DNA of 64,000 nt from an uncultured Candidatus Saccharibacteria bacterium (GTDB lineage: Bacteria; Patescibacteriota; Saccharimonadia; Saccharimonadales; CAYUUR01): the NCBI GenBank assembly GCA_964448075.1, contig CAYUUR010000001.1:247371-311370 (forward strand), written 5' to 3'. Every line of letters begins with the position of its first letter. Positions within the stretch are counted from its first letter, which is position 1. The position numbers and the translations under genes are program-made. The notes beneath the pieces were generated by a model. That model saw only the letters and a program-made list of their open reading frames with translations. It had not been told where the DNA came from and did not search any database. Positions 33,534 to 41,276 of this stretch are shown here, piece after piece.

Positions 33534-33560
33534 TAAAAAGTGTTGACAATACACTAACTA
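33534..33560. promoter_or_regulatory. Predicted NrtR operator 3 (TAAAAAGTGT-tgacaat-ACACTAACTA), overlaps pncA and ARH -35 boxes
   Basis: Same 27-bp motif. The plus-strand TTGACA (33543-48) with -10 TAAGCT (33566-71) serves pncA. The minus-strand TTGTCA (33549-44) with -10 TATGCT (33526-21) serves the ARH operon. Confidence 0.5.
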
Positions 33561-33580
33561 ACGCGTAAGCTACTTGTAAC

Positions 33581-33607
33581 TACTTAGTGTAGTAAACACA
33601 ATAACTA
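33581..33607. promoter_or_regulatory. Predicted NrtR operator 4 (TACTTAGTGT-agtaaac-ACAATAACTA), between pncA promoter and SD
   Basis: Same motif with 8/10 arm symmetry. It ends 16 nt upstream of the pncA ATG. Confidence 0.5.
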
Positions 33608-33623
33608 GTTAAGGAGGCCAATT

Positions 33624-34316
33624 ATGGAAAACCAAATAGCACTCGGCATCATCGATGCACAACGCGGCTTTATGCCGGCACTAGAAGGCGAAAGGCTCGG
33701 AGTTCCAGGCTTTGGTGAACTGCCAGTTACTGGTGGCGAGCTTATCGTCCCTAACCTCAACAATCTCACCCACGCTTTTCGTAGCCACATGGCGCCGATA
33801 GCCACCACACAAGACTGGCACCCAGAGGAAACCGCACACTTTGCAACCGAACCAAACTTTGTAAATACCTGGCCAAAGCATTGTCGTGCAGACACCCCTG
33901 GCGCCGAACTACACCCTGAACTGTATGTCGCACATATCAATTCCCTACTGCCCCACTTCAAAAAAGGCATGGAGGCAGCCGTAACCCCAGATGACGACAC
34001 CAGCTACACCGGCGTACTCGCCTACGACCTTAAGACCAAAGAGACCTTCCCTGAGTGGCTCGAGGCTCACAAGGTAACCACTGTCGTCTTAGGCGGTCTA
34101 GCGCTGGGTGACGGCAAAGAGAACCCACTCTGCGTCGACTCTACTGCTATCGACCTACGTCGCATGGGTTACGAAGTCGTGGTCACTACCGACGCTGTAG
34201 AAGCAGTCATGCCAGAAAACCGCGAACTCTGTTTTAAGAATCTCGGAGAAATCGGTGTAAAGCTGATGACTACAAATCAAGTACTAGCAGAAGTAGCTAA
34301 AGTTTACGGAGACTAA
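33624..34316 (+). CDS. pncA: Nicotinamidase/pyrazinamidase (isochorismatase family)
   Basis: 230 aa with GIIDAQRGFMP and a catalytic Cys context (NPLCVDSTAIDL). A strong SD (TAAGGAGG) is present. Confidence 0.85.
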   Translation: MENQIALGIIDAQRGFMPALEGERLGVPGFGELPVTGGELIVPNLNNLTHAFRSHMAPIATTQDWHPEETAHFATEPNFVNTWPKHCRADTPGAELHPELYVAHINSLLPHFKKGMEAAVTPDDDTSYTGVLAYDLKTKETFPEWLEAHKVTTVVLGGLALGDGKENPLCVDSTAIDLRRMGYEVVVTTDAVEAVMPENRELCFKNLGEIGVKLMTTNQVLAEVAKVYGD

Positions 34317-34318
34317 CT

Positions 34319-35575
34319 ATGAACCAATCACCTGTTCCATACGGACCATTACGCGAAGAGACCATGCTGACGGCTGGGCTTGACTACTACAAACCCACCA
34401 TGAGTCAGCAAGCCTACAACTTGCACCCAGAAGCAGAAGTCACCTTCACCTTCAAAAACCGCGGCCAAGAACGCTTGCTTGACTACATTGACGCAACAGA
34501 ACTACAGGCACGGTTTGACCGCATCACAGACCAAGGTTTCAGCGAATATGAACGTGATTACCTTGGTAGCCTATCTGACAGTAATGGTGAGCCAGTCTTT
34601 TCTGCCGAATACCTGACCTATCTTAAAACAGCAGAACTACCACGAGTTACCATCGGCGTTGAAGATGATGACTTAGCGTTTGAAACAACTGGACGATGGG
34701 ATATGGTGACGTTTTGGGAAACGATAGTGATGAGTCAGGTCAACGAAGCCTACTTTGAGGGCTTGGTGCAAAAAGAAGGTTTAGATCTTATGGAGATATA
34801 CGACGAAGGCCAGCGACGACTGGACGAAAAGATCGCTACCCTACAGGCCAACCCAGGCATCAAGTTTGCCGACTTTGGCACACGACGACACTTCAGCTTA
34901 CGCTGGCAAGATCACGTTGTAAACCAACTGCTAACCCGCTGCCCAGACAACATCATCGGCACCAGCAATGTTGCCCTTGCACAAAAGTACGGCGTCAAAC
35001 CAATCGGTACTTTTGCTCACGAAATGCCTATGACCTACGCCGGAATGGCAGAGGCCTTAGGGCAAGACGTCCGCGGTTCACACAACCAGATGTTAACTGA
35101 TTGGTACGAAACCTACGGCGATGACCTATCGATCGCCTTGACCGACACCTTTGGCAGTGACTTTTTCTTCAGCGACTTCACGCCAGAACAAGCAGAAGCA
35201 TGGCGTGGCCTACGACATGATTCTGGTGACCCAACCGAGTTTGGCGAGAAGGCAATCGCCTTCTACGAAGCCAACGGCATCGACCCAGCAAGCAAAACCA
35301 TCGTGTTTAGTGACGGGCTCGACATAGACCGCATTGTTGAATTGTACGAATACTTCAACGGAAAAGTGAATGTCGTGTTCGGCTGGGGAACAACCTTAAC
35401 CAATGATCTCGGACCGAAAGCGTTGAATATCGTCATGAAGGCAACGCATGTACGCTTACCTGACGGAAAGGAGGCCGACCAAGTGAAACTCAGCGACAAC
35501 CCAGGCAAATATACTGGACCGGAAGATACAATTGCCGACTATAAGCAAATATTCGCAGTACCGGTCCCTGCTTAA
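34319..35575 (+). CDS. pncB: Nicotinate phosphoribosyltransferase
   Basis: 418 aa with DFGTRRH, GTFAHEMPM, RHDSGDP and FSDGLD. Confidence 0.9.
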   Translation: MNQSPVPYGPLREETMLTAGLDYYKPTMSQQAYNLHPEAEVTFTFKNRGQERLLDYIDATELQARFDRITDQGFSEYERDYLGSLSDSNGEPVFSAEYLTYLKTAELPRVTIGVEDDDLAFETTGRWDMVTFWETIVMSQVNEAYFEGLVQKEGLDLMEIYDEGQRRLDEKIATLQANPGIKFADFGTRRHFSLRWQDHVVNQLLTRCPDNIIGTSNVALAQKYGVKPIGTFAHEMPMTYAGMAEALGQDVRGSHNQMLTDWYETYGDDLSIALTDTFGSDFFFSDFTPEQAEAWRGLRHDSGDPTEFGEKAIAFYEANGIDPASKTIVFSDGLDIDRIVELYEYFNGKVNVVFGWGTTLTNDLGPKALNIVMKATHVRLPDGKEADQVKLSDNPGKYTGPEDTIADYKQIFAVPVPA

Positions 35576-35589
35576 GCAAGGAGACCGTC

Positions 35590-36294
35590 ATGAACGACTT
35601 ACTCAATTTACTAAACGTTAACAACACATTCTTCACCATTTTTGGCTACGACATGAGTTATGTAGAGTTCTTTGGAACCTTACTCAACCTTGCCTGCGTC
35701 TACTTGGTGGCAAAGAAAAACATCTGGAACTGGCCAATTGGCATTGTTGGTGTAGCCGTCTTTGCTGCATTGTTCTACCAGCTCAACCTCTATGCCGACC
35801 TCATGGAACAAGGTTTCTACTTTGTAACCGGAATCATCGGCTGGATTGCGTGGACACGAGCCAAGAAACCTCAAGACAAAACAGAATCTATAGAAGTTAC
35901 ACGCAACACATTCACAGTAAACGCAGCCTGGTTGATTGGCATCGCCATCTTCACTGGCCTCGGTGCTTGGGCAATGGCCCGCGTGCACGTGTGGTTACCC
36001 GCACTGTTCCCAGAGCCTGCCGCGCTCCCAATGCTTGACGTACTAACCACCATCATGAGCTTTGCAGCTCAGATCATGCTCATCCAGAAACGGCTCGAAA
36101 ACTGGATACTCTGGATAATAGTGGACGTCATCGCGGTCGGACTGTACTGGTACAAAGGCGTGGCGCTGGTGGCAGCACTGTACGCTGTGTTCCTCGTCAT
36201 CGCCACTATGGGCTTCTTTACATGGCTTAACACATATAGGAGGGAACGTCATGAAACGCGGACTGGTAGTCGGGAAGTTCTACCCACCACATAA
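35590..36294 (+). CDS. pnuC: Nicotinamide riboside transporter PnuC
   Basis: 234 aa, polytopic. It has the NIWNWPIGIVG motif and repeated W-containing helices typical of PnuC. Confidence 0.85.
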   Translation: MNDLLNLLNVNNTFFTIFGYDMSYVEFFGTLLNLACVYLVAKKNIWNWPIGIVGVAVFAALFYQLNLYADLMEQGFYFVTGIIGWIAWTRAKKPQDKTESIEVTRNTFTVNAAWLIGIAIFTGLGAWAMARVHVWLPALFPEPAALPMLDVLTTIMSFAAQIMLIQKRLENWILWIIVDVIAVGLYWYKGVALVAALYAVFLVIATMGFFTWLNTYRRERHETRTGSREVLPTT

Positions 36295-37222
36295 CGGACA
36301 CCACTTCTTAATCGACACAGCGCTGGAGCATGCCGAACATGTAGACGTACTGGTTTGCGACAACCCTGCATACACTATAGACGCCCAGCTCCGTGCCTCA
36401 TGGCTCAGACGTCGACATCCACATGCTCACGTCAGGGTCATACGTGACATCGGCAAAGACAATGATTCACAAGCCTGGGCAGAACACACAATAGACTTCT
36501 TGGGATATGCGCCAGATGTAGTGTTCAGCTCAGAAGACTATGGTCTCACCTATGCGGGGTTCATGGGTGCGGCGCACCACATGGTTGATCGGCAACGTGT
36601 CACTATTCCAATAGCAGCCACAAAGATAAGGTCAAATGTTTTCGCCTGCTGGGAATACTTGCATCCAATTGTTCGACAATACCTGTCTGCCCGCGTTTGC
36701 ATACTCGGCGCCGAGTCAACCGGTACAACTACGCTCAGCCGTGCATTAGCCCAGAAGTACCACACGGCTTGGGTGCCTGAGTACGGACGATACTATACGG
36801 AGGCGCTCAATGACCGTGATCACCAGTGGCTTAGTCAAGAATTTACGCACATCGCACAGATACAGCAGGCAATGGAAAACCAGTTAGCTGGCCATTCCAG
36901 CGGACTGCTTATCTGCGACACCAACGCCTTCGCGACCCGCCTCTGGCATAAGCGCTACATGGACGACTGGTCAGATGAAGTAGACGAAATCGCTCAAGCC
37001 GACCGCCCGGATCTGTACATTCTGACAGGCGACGAAATTCCCTTTGTGCAAGACGGCATTCGGGACGGAGAAGCGGTGCGCCACGATATGCACAAAGACT
37101 TCATTGAACAATTAAACGCCAGAGAAACACCCTATATCGAACTGCGCGGCGACTTGCAAACACGAATCAGTGCCGCCACTAAAGCTATTGACCACTTACT
37201 AACACGAAAGGCTCACATATGA
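36251..37222 (+). CDS. nadR: NMN adenylyltransferase / ribosylnicotinamide kinase NadR (no HTH domain)
   Basis: 323 aa. The NMNAT part has GKFYPPHNGHHFLID. The kinase P-loop is ILGAESTGTTTL. An SD (AGGAGGG) precedes the ATG, which lies inside the pnuC 3' end. Confidence 0.85.
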   Translation: MKRGLVVGKFYPPHNGHHFLIDTALEHAEHVDVLVCDNPAYTIDAQLRASWLRRRHPHAHVRVIRDIGKDNDSQAWAEHTIDFLGYAPDVVFSSEDYGLTYAGFMGAAHHMVDRQRVTIPIAATKIRSNVFACWEYLHPIVRQYLSARVCILGAESTGTTTLSRALAQKYHTAWVPEYGRYYTEALNDRDHQWLSQEFTHIAQIQQAMENQLAGHSSGLLICDTNAFATRLWHKRYMDDWSDEVDEIAQADRPDLYILTGDEIPFVQDGIRDGEAVRHDMHKDFIEQLNARETPYIELRGDLQTRISAATKAIDHLLTRKAHI

Positions 37223-38001
37223 TCAACGTTGAACAAGCACCCGAACAGACAAACAATTTCAAGACACAAAGTCTACACGCCTTACGAGAACAACTTGTAT
37301 CACGACCGTACCCTGGCTATCCCGACCGAAAAGATCGCCTGTATGCCCAAGGGGGCTCGATCAAGCCCGTCGCCTTGCCGCTTGGCCCTTGGGAGACGTC
37401 TGAAGGCACAGTACCGTCCATCTCTGAGCAAGATTGCTTTATCGATGCTGGACTGGAAACTGACGCCTATGGTCGCCCGCTCCACCCGTGGTTCTGGCAA
37501 ATGTATGAAGACCCTGACGTCGGAGTCGTAACTGGCAAAGGCTTTTACTGGAACTGGGGGCCAAACTACACTGCTGACGCTGTGGTTGTTCGACAGAACA
37601 ATGACACACCGGAAATTCTGCTCATACAACGCGGCGATACGGGCGCTTGGGCGCTACCCGGTGGCTTTATTGACCTTGAACAAGCAGAACCGCCAGAAGT
37701 TGCCGCTCGGCGTGAAGCAGAAGAAGAAACTGGCATCCGCATCCCGCCCGAAGCATCTGCAGGAAAGCTCGTCTATCAAGGTCCGTTGGCCGACGTTCGC
37801 GTTACGGCACATGCTTGGCCACATACCTACGCCTACTTGTATGATGTCAGCGGACTTGACCTAAGCACGCCATGCGGAGATGATGATGCAGTGGACGCAC
37901 GTTGGCTGCCCATTGACGCCTGCGACCAAACGCTCCACGGATCACATGGTTTAATCATTCAACATGCCCTGGAGCACTACTATGGAACACATGCCAGCTA
38001 A
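37219..38001 (+). CDS. Nudix hydrolase, NUDT9-like (probable ADP-ribose pyrophosphatase)
   Basis: 260 aa. The intact Nudix box GGFIDLEQAEPPEVAARREAEEETGI is preceded by an N-terminal extension, as in the NUDT9-type ADPR pyrophosphatases. Confidence 0.7.
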   Translation: MINVEQAPEQTNNFKTQSLHALREQLVSRPYPGYPDRKDRLYAQGGSIKPVALPLGPWETSEGTVPSISEQDCFIDAGLETDAYGRPLHPWFWQMYEDPDVGVVTGKGFYWNWGPNYTADAVVVRQNNDTPEILLIQRGDTGAWALPGGFIDLEQAEPPEVAARREAEEETGIRIPPEASAGKLVYQGPLADVRVTAHAWPHTYAYLYDVSGLDLSTPCGDDDAVDARWLPIDACDQTLHGSHGLIIQHALEHYYGTHAS

Positions 38002-38941
38002 GCAAATACCATCAGCCGAGGCACTGGCTAGTGCCGAAAACAAAACGCCAATCAACGCCGGTCACATGATGTACGACAAAAGCATTGTCACGACTGCCGA
38101 CGCTAACTGGTTTGTTAAAAGTAACAATGGGCAACTTTTTAGCGATGAAACAGAAGCCGCACGAACATGGGAATACCTCATTAAGGAAGCTGCCGTCTAT
38201 GACATTGTGCAGCGTAATGGTTATCTGTTTGTGCCGGCGGCTTATTTTCATGAGGAGTCACTCATTATGCCTGCGCACCTCCCCGAGGACGGCTGGCACT
38301 GGGAAGCGCCTGCTGAGTCAGTAGACGCATATGCCCAGGACGTCTTATCGGCACTTGAATCACTTGAGGAAACAAGTGGTTTGGACGAACTTGTCTTGTT
38401 TGAAAGAGAGAACACTATTGACCTTTTCTTGAACAAAGGCTGGCAAGCAATTAATACAGAAACTATTCCTGAGATTATGGCTAAAATCGAACTGCTAAGG
38501 CCAGCATTTCACCAGCATGTCAGTGATGGCGTGCGTGATGTCTTGGATATGCTTGCGACTGGTAAGCATATTGAGTCCGCCTGCCATTTGCAAAGGAACT
38601 ACCTGACCCGTCCTGACTTTGTTTTTGCTCACCTGGACGCCCGTCAGACAAACATCACGTGGCACCCAGATCACGGTGCTCGCTTGGTTGACTGGAGCTG
38701 GGCTTCGGCTGCACCACGCAGAGCCGACCGCACGATGTTCCTAATAGACTTACATAAAAGTGACCATGACGTAACGGCATACATGGCTGAGCACTTTGAC
38801 CCTGATTACGCCTTACTCATCATTGGGTATTGGTTAGCTCGGAGTATTTTGCCGAGTGCGCCTGGTGACGAAACAGTGCGTTTTCACCAGTTGGCATCAG
38901 CAGTTTCTGCAGCGGATTTACTGCTTCGTAACCGGAGCTGA
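37964..38941 (+). CDS. Kinase-fold protein (aminoglycoside/choline kinase-like phosphotransferase), function unknown
   Basis: 325 aa. The Brenner-type catalytic motif is FAHLDARQTNITW, followed by RLVDWSWA (a DxD-like Mg site). The start is uncertain, with alternative ATGs at 37982 and 37991. Confidence 0.5.
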   Translation: MPWSTTMEHMPAKQIPSAEALASAENKTPINAGHMMYDKSIVTTADANWFVKSNNGQLFSDETEAARTWEYLIKEAAVYDIVQRNGYLFVPAAYFHEESLIMPAHLPEDGWHWEAPAESVDAYAQDVLSALESLEETSGLDELVLFERENTIDLFLNKGWQAINTETIPEIMAKIELLRPAFHQHVSDGVRDVLDMLATGKHIESACHLQRNYLTRPDFVFAHLDARQTNITWHPDHGARLVDWSWASAAPRRADRTMFLIDLHKSDHDVTAYMAEHFDPDYALLIIGYWLARSILPSAPGDETVRFHQLASAVSAADLLLRNRS

Positions 38942-40375
38942 TTCCAAACGAGGGAATAATGTACCCTCTATTGGCCGAACGACCCCATCCTCAAAAACGT
39001 AGCGGATCTTGGCGGCGGTATCTGGCAAAAACGGCTCGAGTAACTCAGCAATCTCGAGCAGGCAGCTAGCTTGGTATGCTAATACCTCACGCAAATGATC
39101 GGCATCATTTGACTTGGCGATGGCCCATGGCTTCTGTTCTTCAATATATTGGTTGAGGCCGCGAACTTGATCCCAGACTTCGTCGAGTGCTCGGTCAAAC
39201 TTGCAGTCTTCAAGCGCAGCACGGTATTTGGCTGTGTCATGCTCAGCCGCTGGGATATCGCCAACAATTCCATTCAAGTACTTGCTAATCATCGCCGTGG
39301 TTCGCTGTACAGCGTTGCCGAGTTCGTTTGCCAGTTCGTTATTGTAGGCCTGTTCTAAGCGGTCCCAGCTGAAGTCACCGTCATCGTATGATGGAATGTG
39401 CCGCAAAAAGTAGTATCGGAACGTATCGACATTGTACTTGTCGATAATTTCTTGTGGCGCGATTGAATTACCAAGTGACTTGCTCATCTTTTTGCCATCG
39501 ACGCTAATAAAACCGTGGACGTACAGCGTCTCAGGCAAAGGCTGACCAAGCGCCAGTAGCATGCCCGGCCATATGGCCGCATGAAAGCGCAAAATGTCTT
39601 TGCCGATAACCTGCACATTTGCTGGCCAAAACTTCTTAAAATCGTCGTGCTCAGGATAACCAAGAACGGTAATATAGTTCATGAGCGCCTCAAACCACAC
39701 ATACATGACCTGCGTGTCGTCACCAGGTACAGCAATCCCCCAGGCAATCTTTTCTTTTGGACGTGAAATACTAATATCATCCAACCCGTCATTAATGACA
39801 TTCATAATCTCGTGCTTCTTGGTCTCGGGGATTATTCTAAACTTTCCAGATTCAATTGCTTGCTTAATCTTAGGTGCATAGGCTGAAAGTTTAAAAAAGT
39901 AGTTTTCTTCTTGAAGTTTTTCGTACGGCCTGTTGTGGTGCGGGCAAGTGCCGTTGTTTTGTTTAGCAACAGCCTCGGTTACAAAAGCCTCGCAACCCGT
40001 ACAGTACAATCCTTCGTAGCTCTTTTTATAGATATCTTTGGCGATTGCAGACCAAATAAGCTGAGCGCGTTGTTCATGCCCTTGGTCAGTCGTACGTATA
40101 AATCGGTCGTTACTGATGTTAAGCGCCTTTTGCAGGTCACGAAATGACTGACTCACTTGATCAGTGAAGGCCTTAGGATCGAGCTTAAGCTCAGCTGCCT
40201 TCTCGGCAATCTTTCCGCCATGCTCATCTGTACCAGTGCTAAATATAACTGGTTTTCCGTCTTTGCGCGCAGCACGTGCCAAAACGTCAGCATACAAAAA
40301 CTCTAAAGCATGCCCCAGGTGTGGGACATCATTTACGTAAGGGATTGAGGTAGTGACAAAATAATTCATACTCAT
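38918..40375 (-). CDS. metG: Methionine--tRNA ligase (short form)
   Basis: 485 aa with the HIGH region PYVNDVPHLGHALE, a zinc knuckle CTGCEAF...CPHH and KMSKSLGN. Confidence 0.95.
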   Translation of the reverse strand: MSMNYFVTTSIPYVNDVPHLGHALEFLYADVLARAARKDGKPVIFSTGTDEHGGKIAEKAAELKLDPKAFTDQVSQSFRDLQKALNISNDRFIRTTDQGHEQRAQLIWSAIAKDIYKKSYEGLYCTGCEAFVTEAVAKQNNGTCPHHNRPYEKLQEENYFFKLSAYAPKIKQAIESGKFRIIPETKKHEIMNVINDGLDDISISRPKEKIAWGIAVPGDDTQVMYVWFEALMNYITVLGYPEHDDFKKFWPANVQVIGKDILRFHAAIWPGMLLALGQPLPETLYVHGFISVDGKKMSKSLGNSIAPQEIIDKYNVDTFRYYFLRHIPSYDDGDFSWDRLEQAYNNELANELGNAVQRTTAMISKYLNGIVGDIPAAEHDTAKYRAALEDCKFDRALDEVWDQVRGLNQYIEEQKPWAIAKSNDADHLREVLAYQASCLLEIAELLEPFLPDTAAKIRYVFEDGVVRPIEGTLFPRLESAPVTKQ

Positions 40376-40470
40376 ACAGTCTACCTGTTATCGGCACTTT
40401 ATTAAAGGTCAGTCCACTCTGTAATACATCGCTGTTGCGTAAATCATAAAACGATAGTATAATATGCGCC

Positions 40471-41112
40471 ATGTTTAATCGTCGTTTGCGACTTTCACGG
40501 CCACAATCTATCGAGAGTGAAGTCAGTCAGAGCTATCAATTAGTGTCTGATGGTTTTCAACACATACCGACATATAGTCAGAGTCGACAGGCCTACATAG
40601 AGCAGCTTGTTAGCAGTAGTATGGAATCATGTAGTTATACGGTCAATCTCAACACAAGAACCCGCTATATTCGTTCTGTGACACACCTAGCCAGCGTTGT
40701 CTGTGACGGTGTCATGCAACGTCGCGCCGAGCTGCGAGAACCTATTCACGGCAGCGGCCTAGCAATTGCACGATCAATTGGCGAAACGGTCTTACTGCAT
40801 GAAACCCAAACCCGTCTAATGCTGCTTGAGGATATCTTCAGCGACGCCACAAACGGCAGCGAGTCTTTCCTCATACAACTCAGTCTTGGCTTTCGACGGG
40901 AACAAGTTGTTGATGTAGTCCAAGCGCATGCACAAGAAGGGATCGACCACGGCAAAGCCTTTGCTGGAAACTACTTACCACTTACAAGTGAAACAGCCGT
41001 GCAAGAAGCCACGGTTGGCATAACAGAACAGGGCCTTGATTACGCGCTCAATATGGAAGAAACACTGCTCAGTGCGCAAGCGATGTCTTTCCGTATCCAA
41101 TCTGAAAACTAA
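40471..41112 (+). CDS. Hypothetical protein
   Basis: 213 aa with no family recognised. A TATAAT box (40458-63) lies only 7 nt before the ATG, suggesting a leaderless mRNA. Confidence 0.45.
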   Translation: MFNRRLRLSRPQSIESEVSQSYQLVSDGFQHIPTYSQSRQAYIEQLVSSSMESCSYTVNLNTRTRYIRSVTHLASVVCDGVMQRRAELREPIHGSGLAIARSIGETVLLHETQTRLMLLEDIFSDATNGSESFLIQLSLGFRREQVVDVVQAHAQEGIDHGKAFAGNYLPLTSETAVQEATVGITEQGLDYALNMEETLLSAQAMSFRIQSEN

Positions 41113-41276
41113 TCATCAAAGTTTGTGGCCAAATGCCACAAACCACAATGTCGGCATTTATAACTCCGGTATTTTGTGTCGTAACGATGACGTAAACTCA
41201 CTGACATAGCGTCCGCTTCTACTTTGCTATCAAAGCGTAGCTTATCTTCACAGGGCAAGGCTTCTATCTCGCTCAT
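41109..41276 (-). CDS. Small zinc-ribbon-like protein (55 aa), not in ORF track
   Basis: It reads MSEIEALPCEDKLRFDSKVEADAMSVSLRHRYDTKYRSYKCRHCGLWHLATNFDD. Its ATG overlaps the trehalase stop (GCATGAGC). The C-terminal YxCxxCxxWHL motif recurs in small bacterial proteins I recall from actinobacteria and their phages. Confidence 0.5.
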   Translation of the reverse strand: MSEIEALPCEDKLRFDSKVEADAMSVSLRHRYDTKYRSYKCRHCGLWHLATNFDD

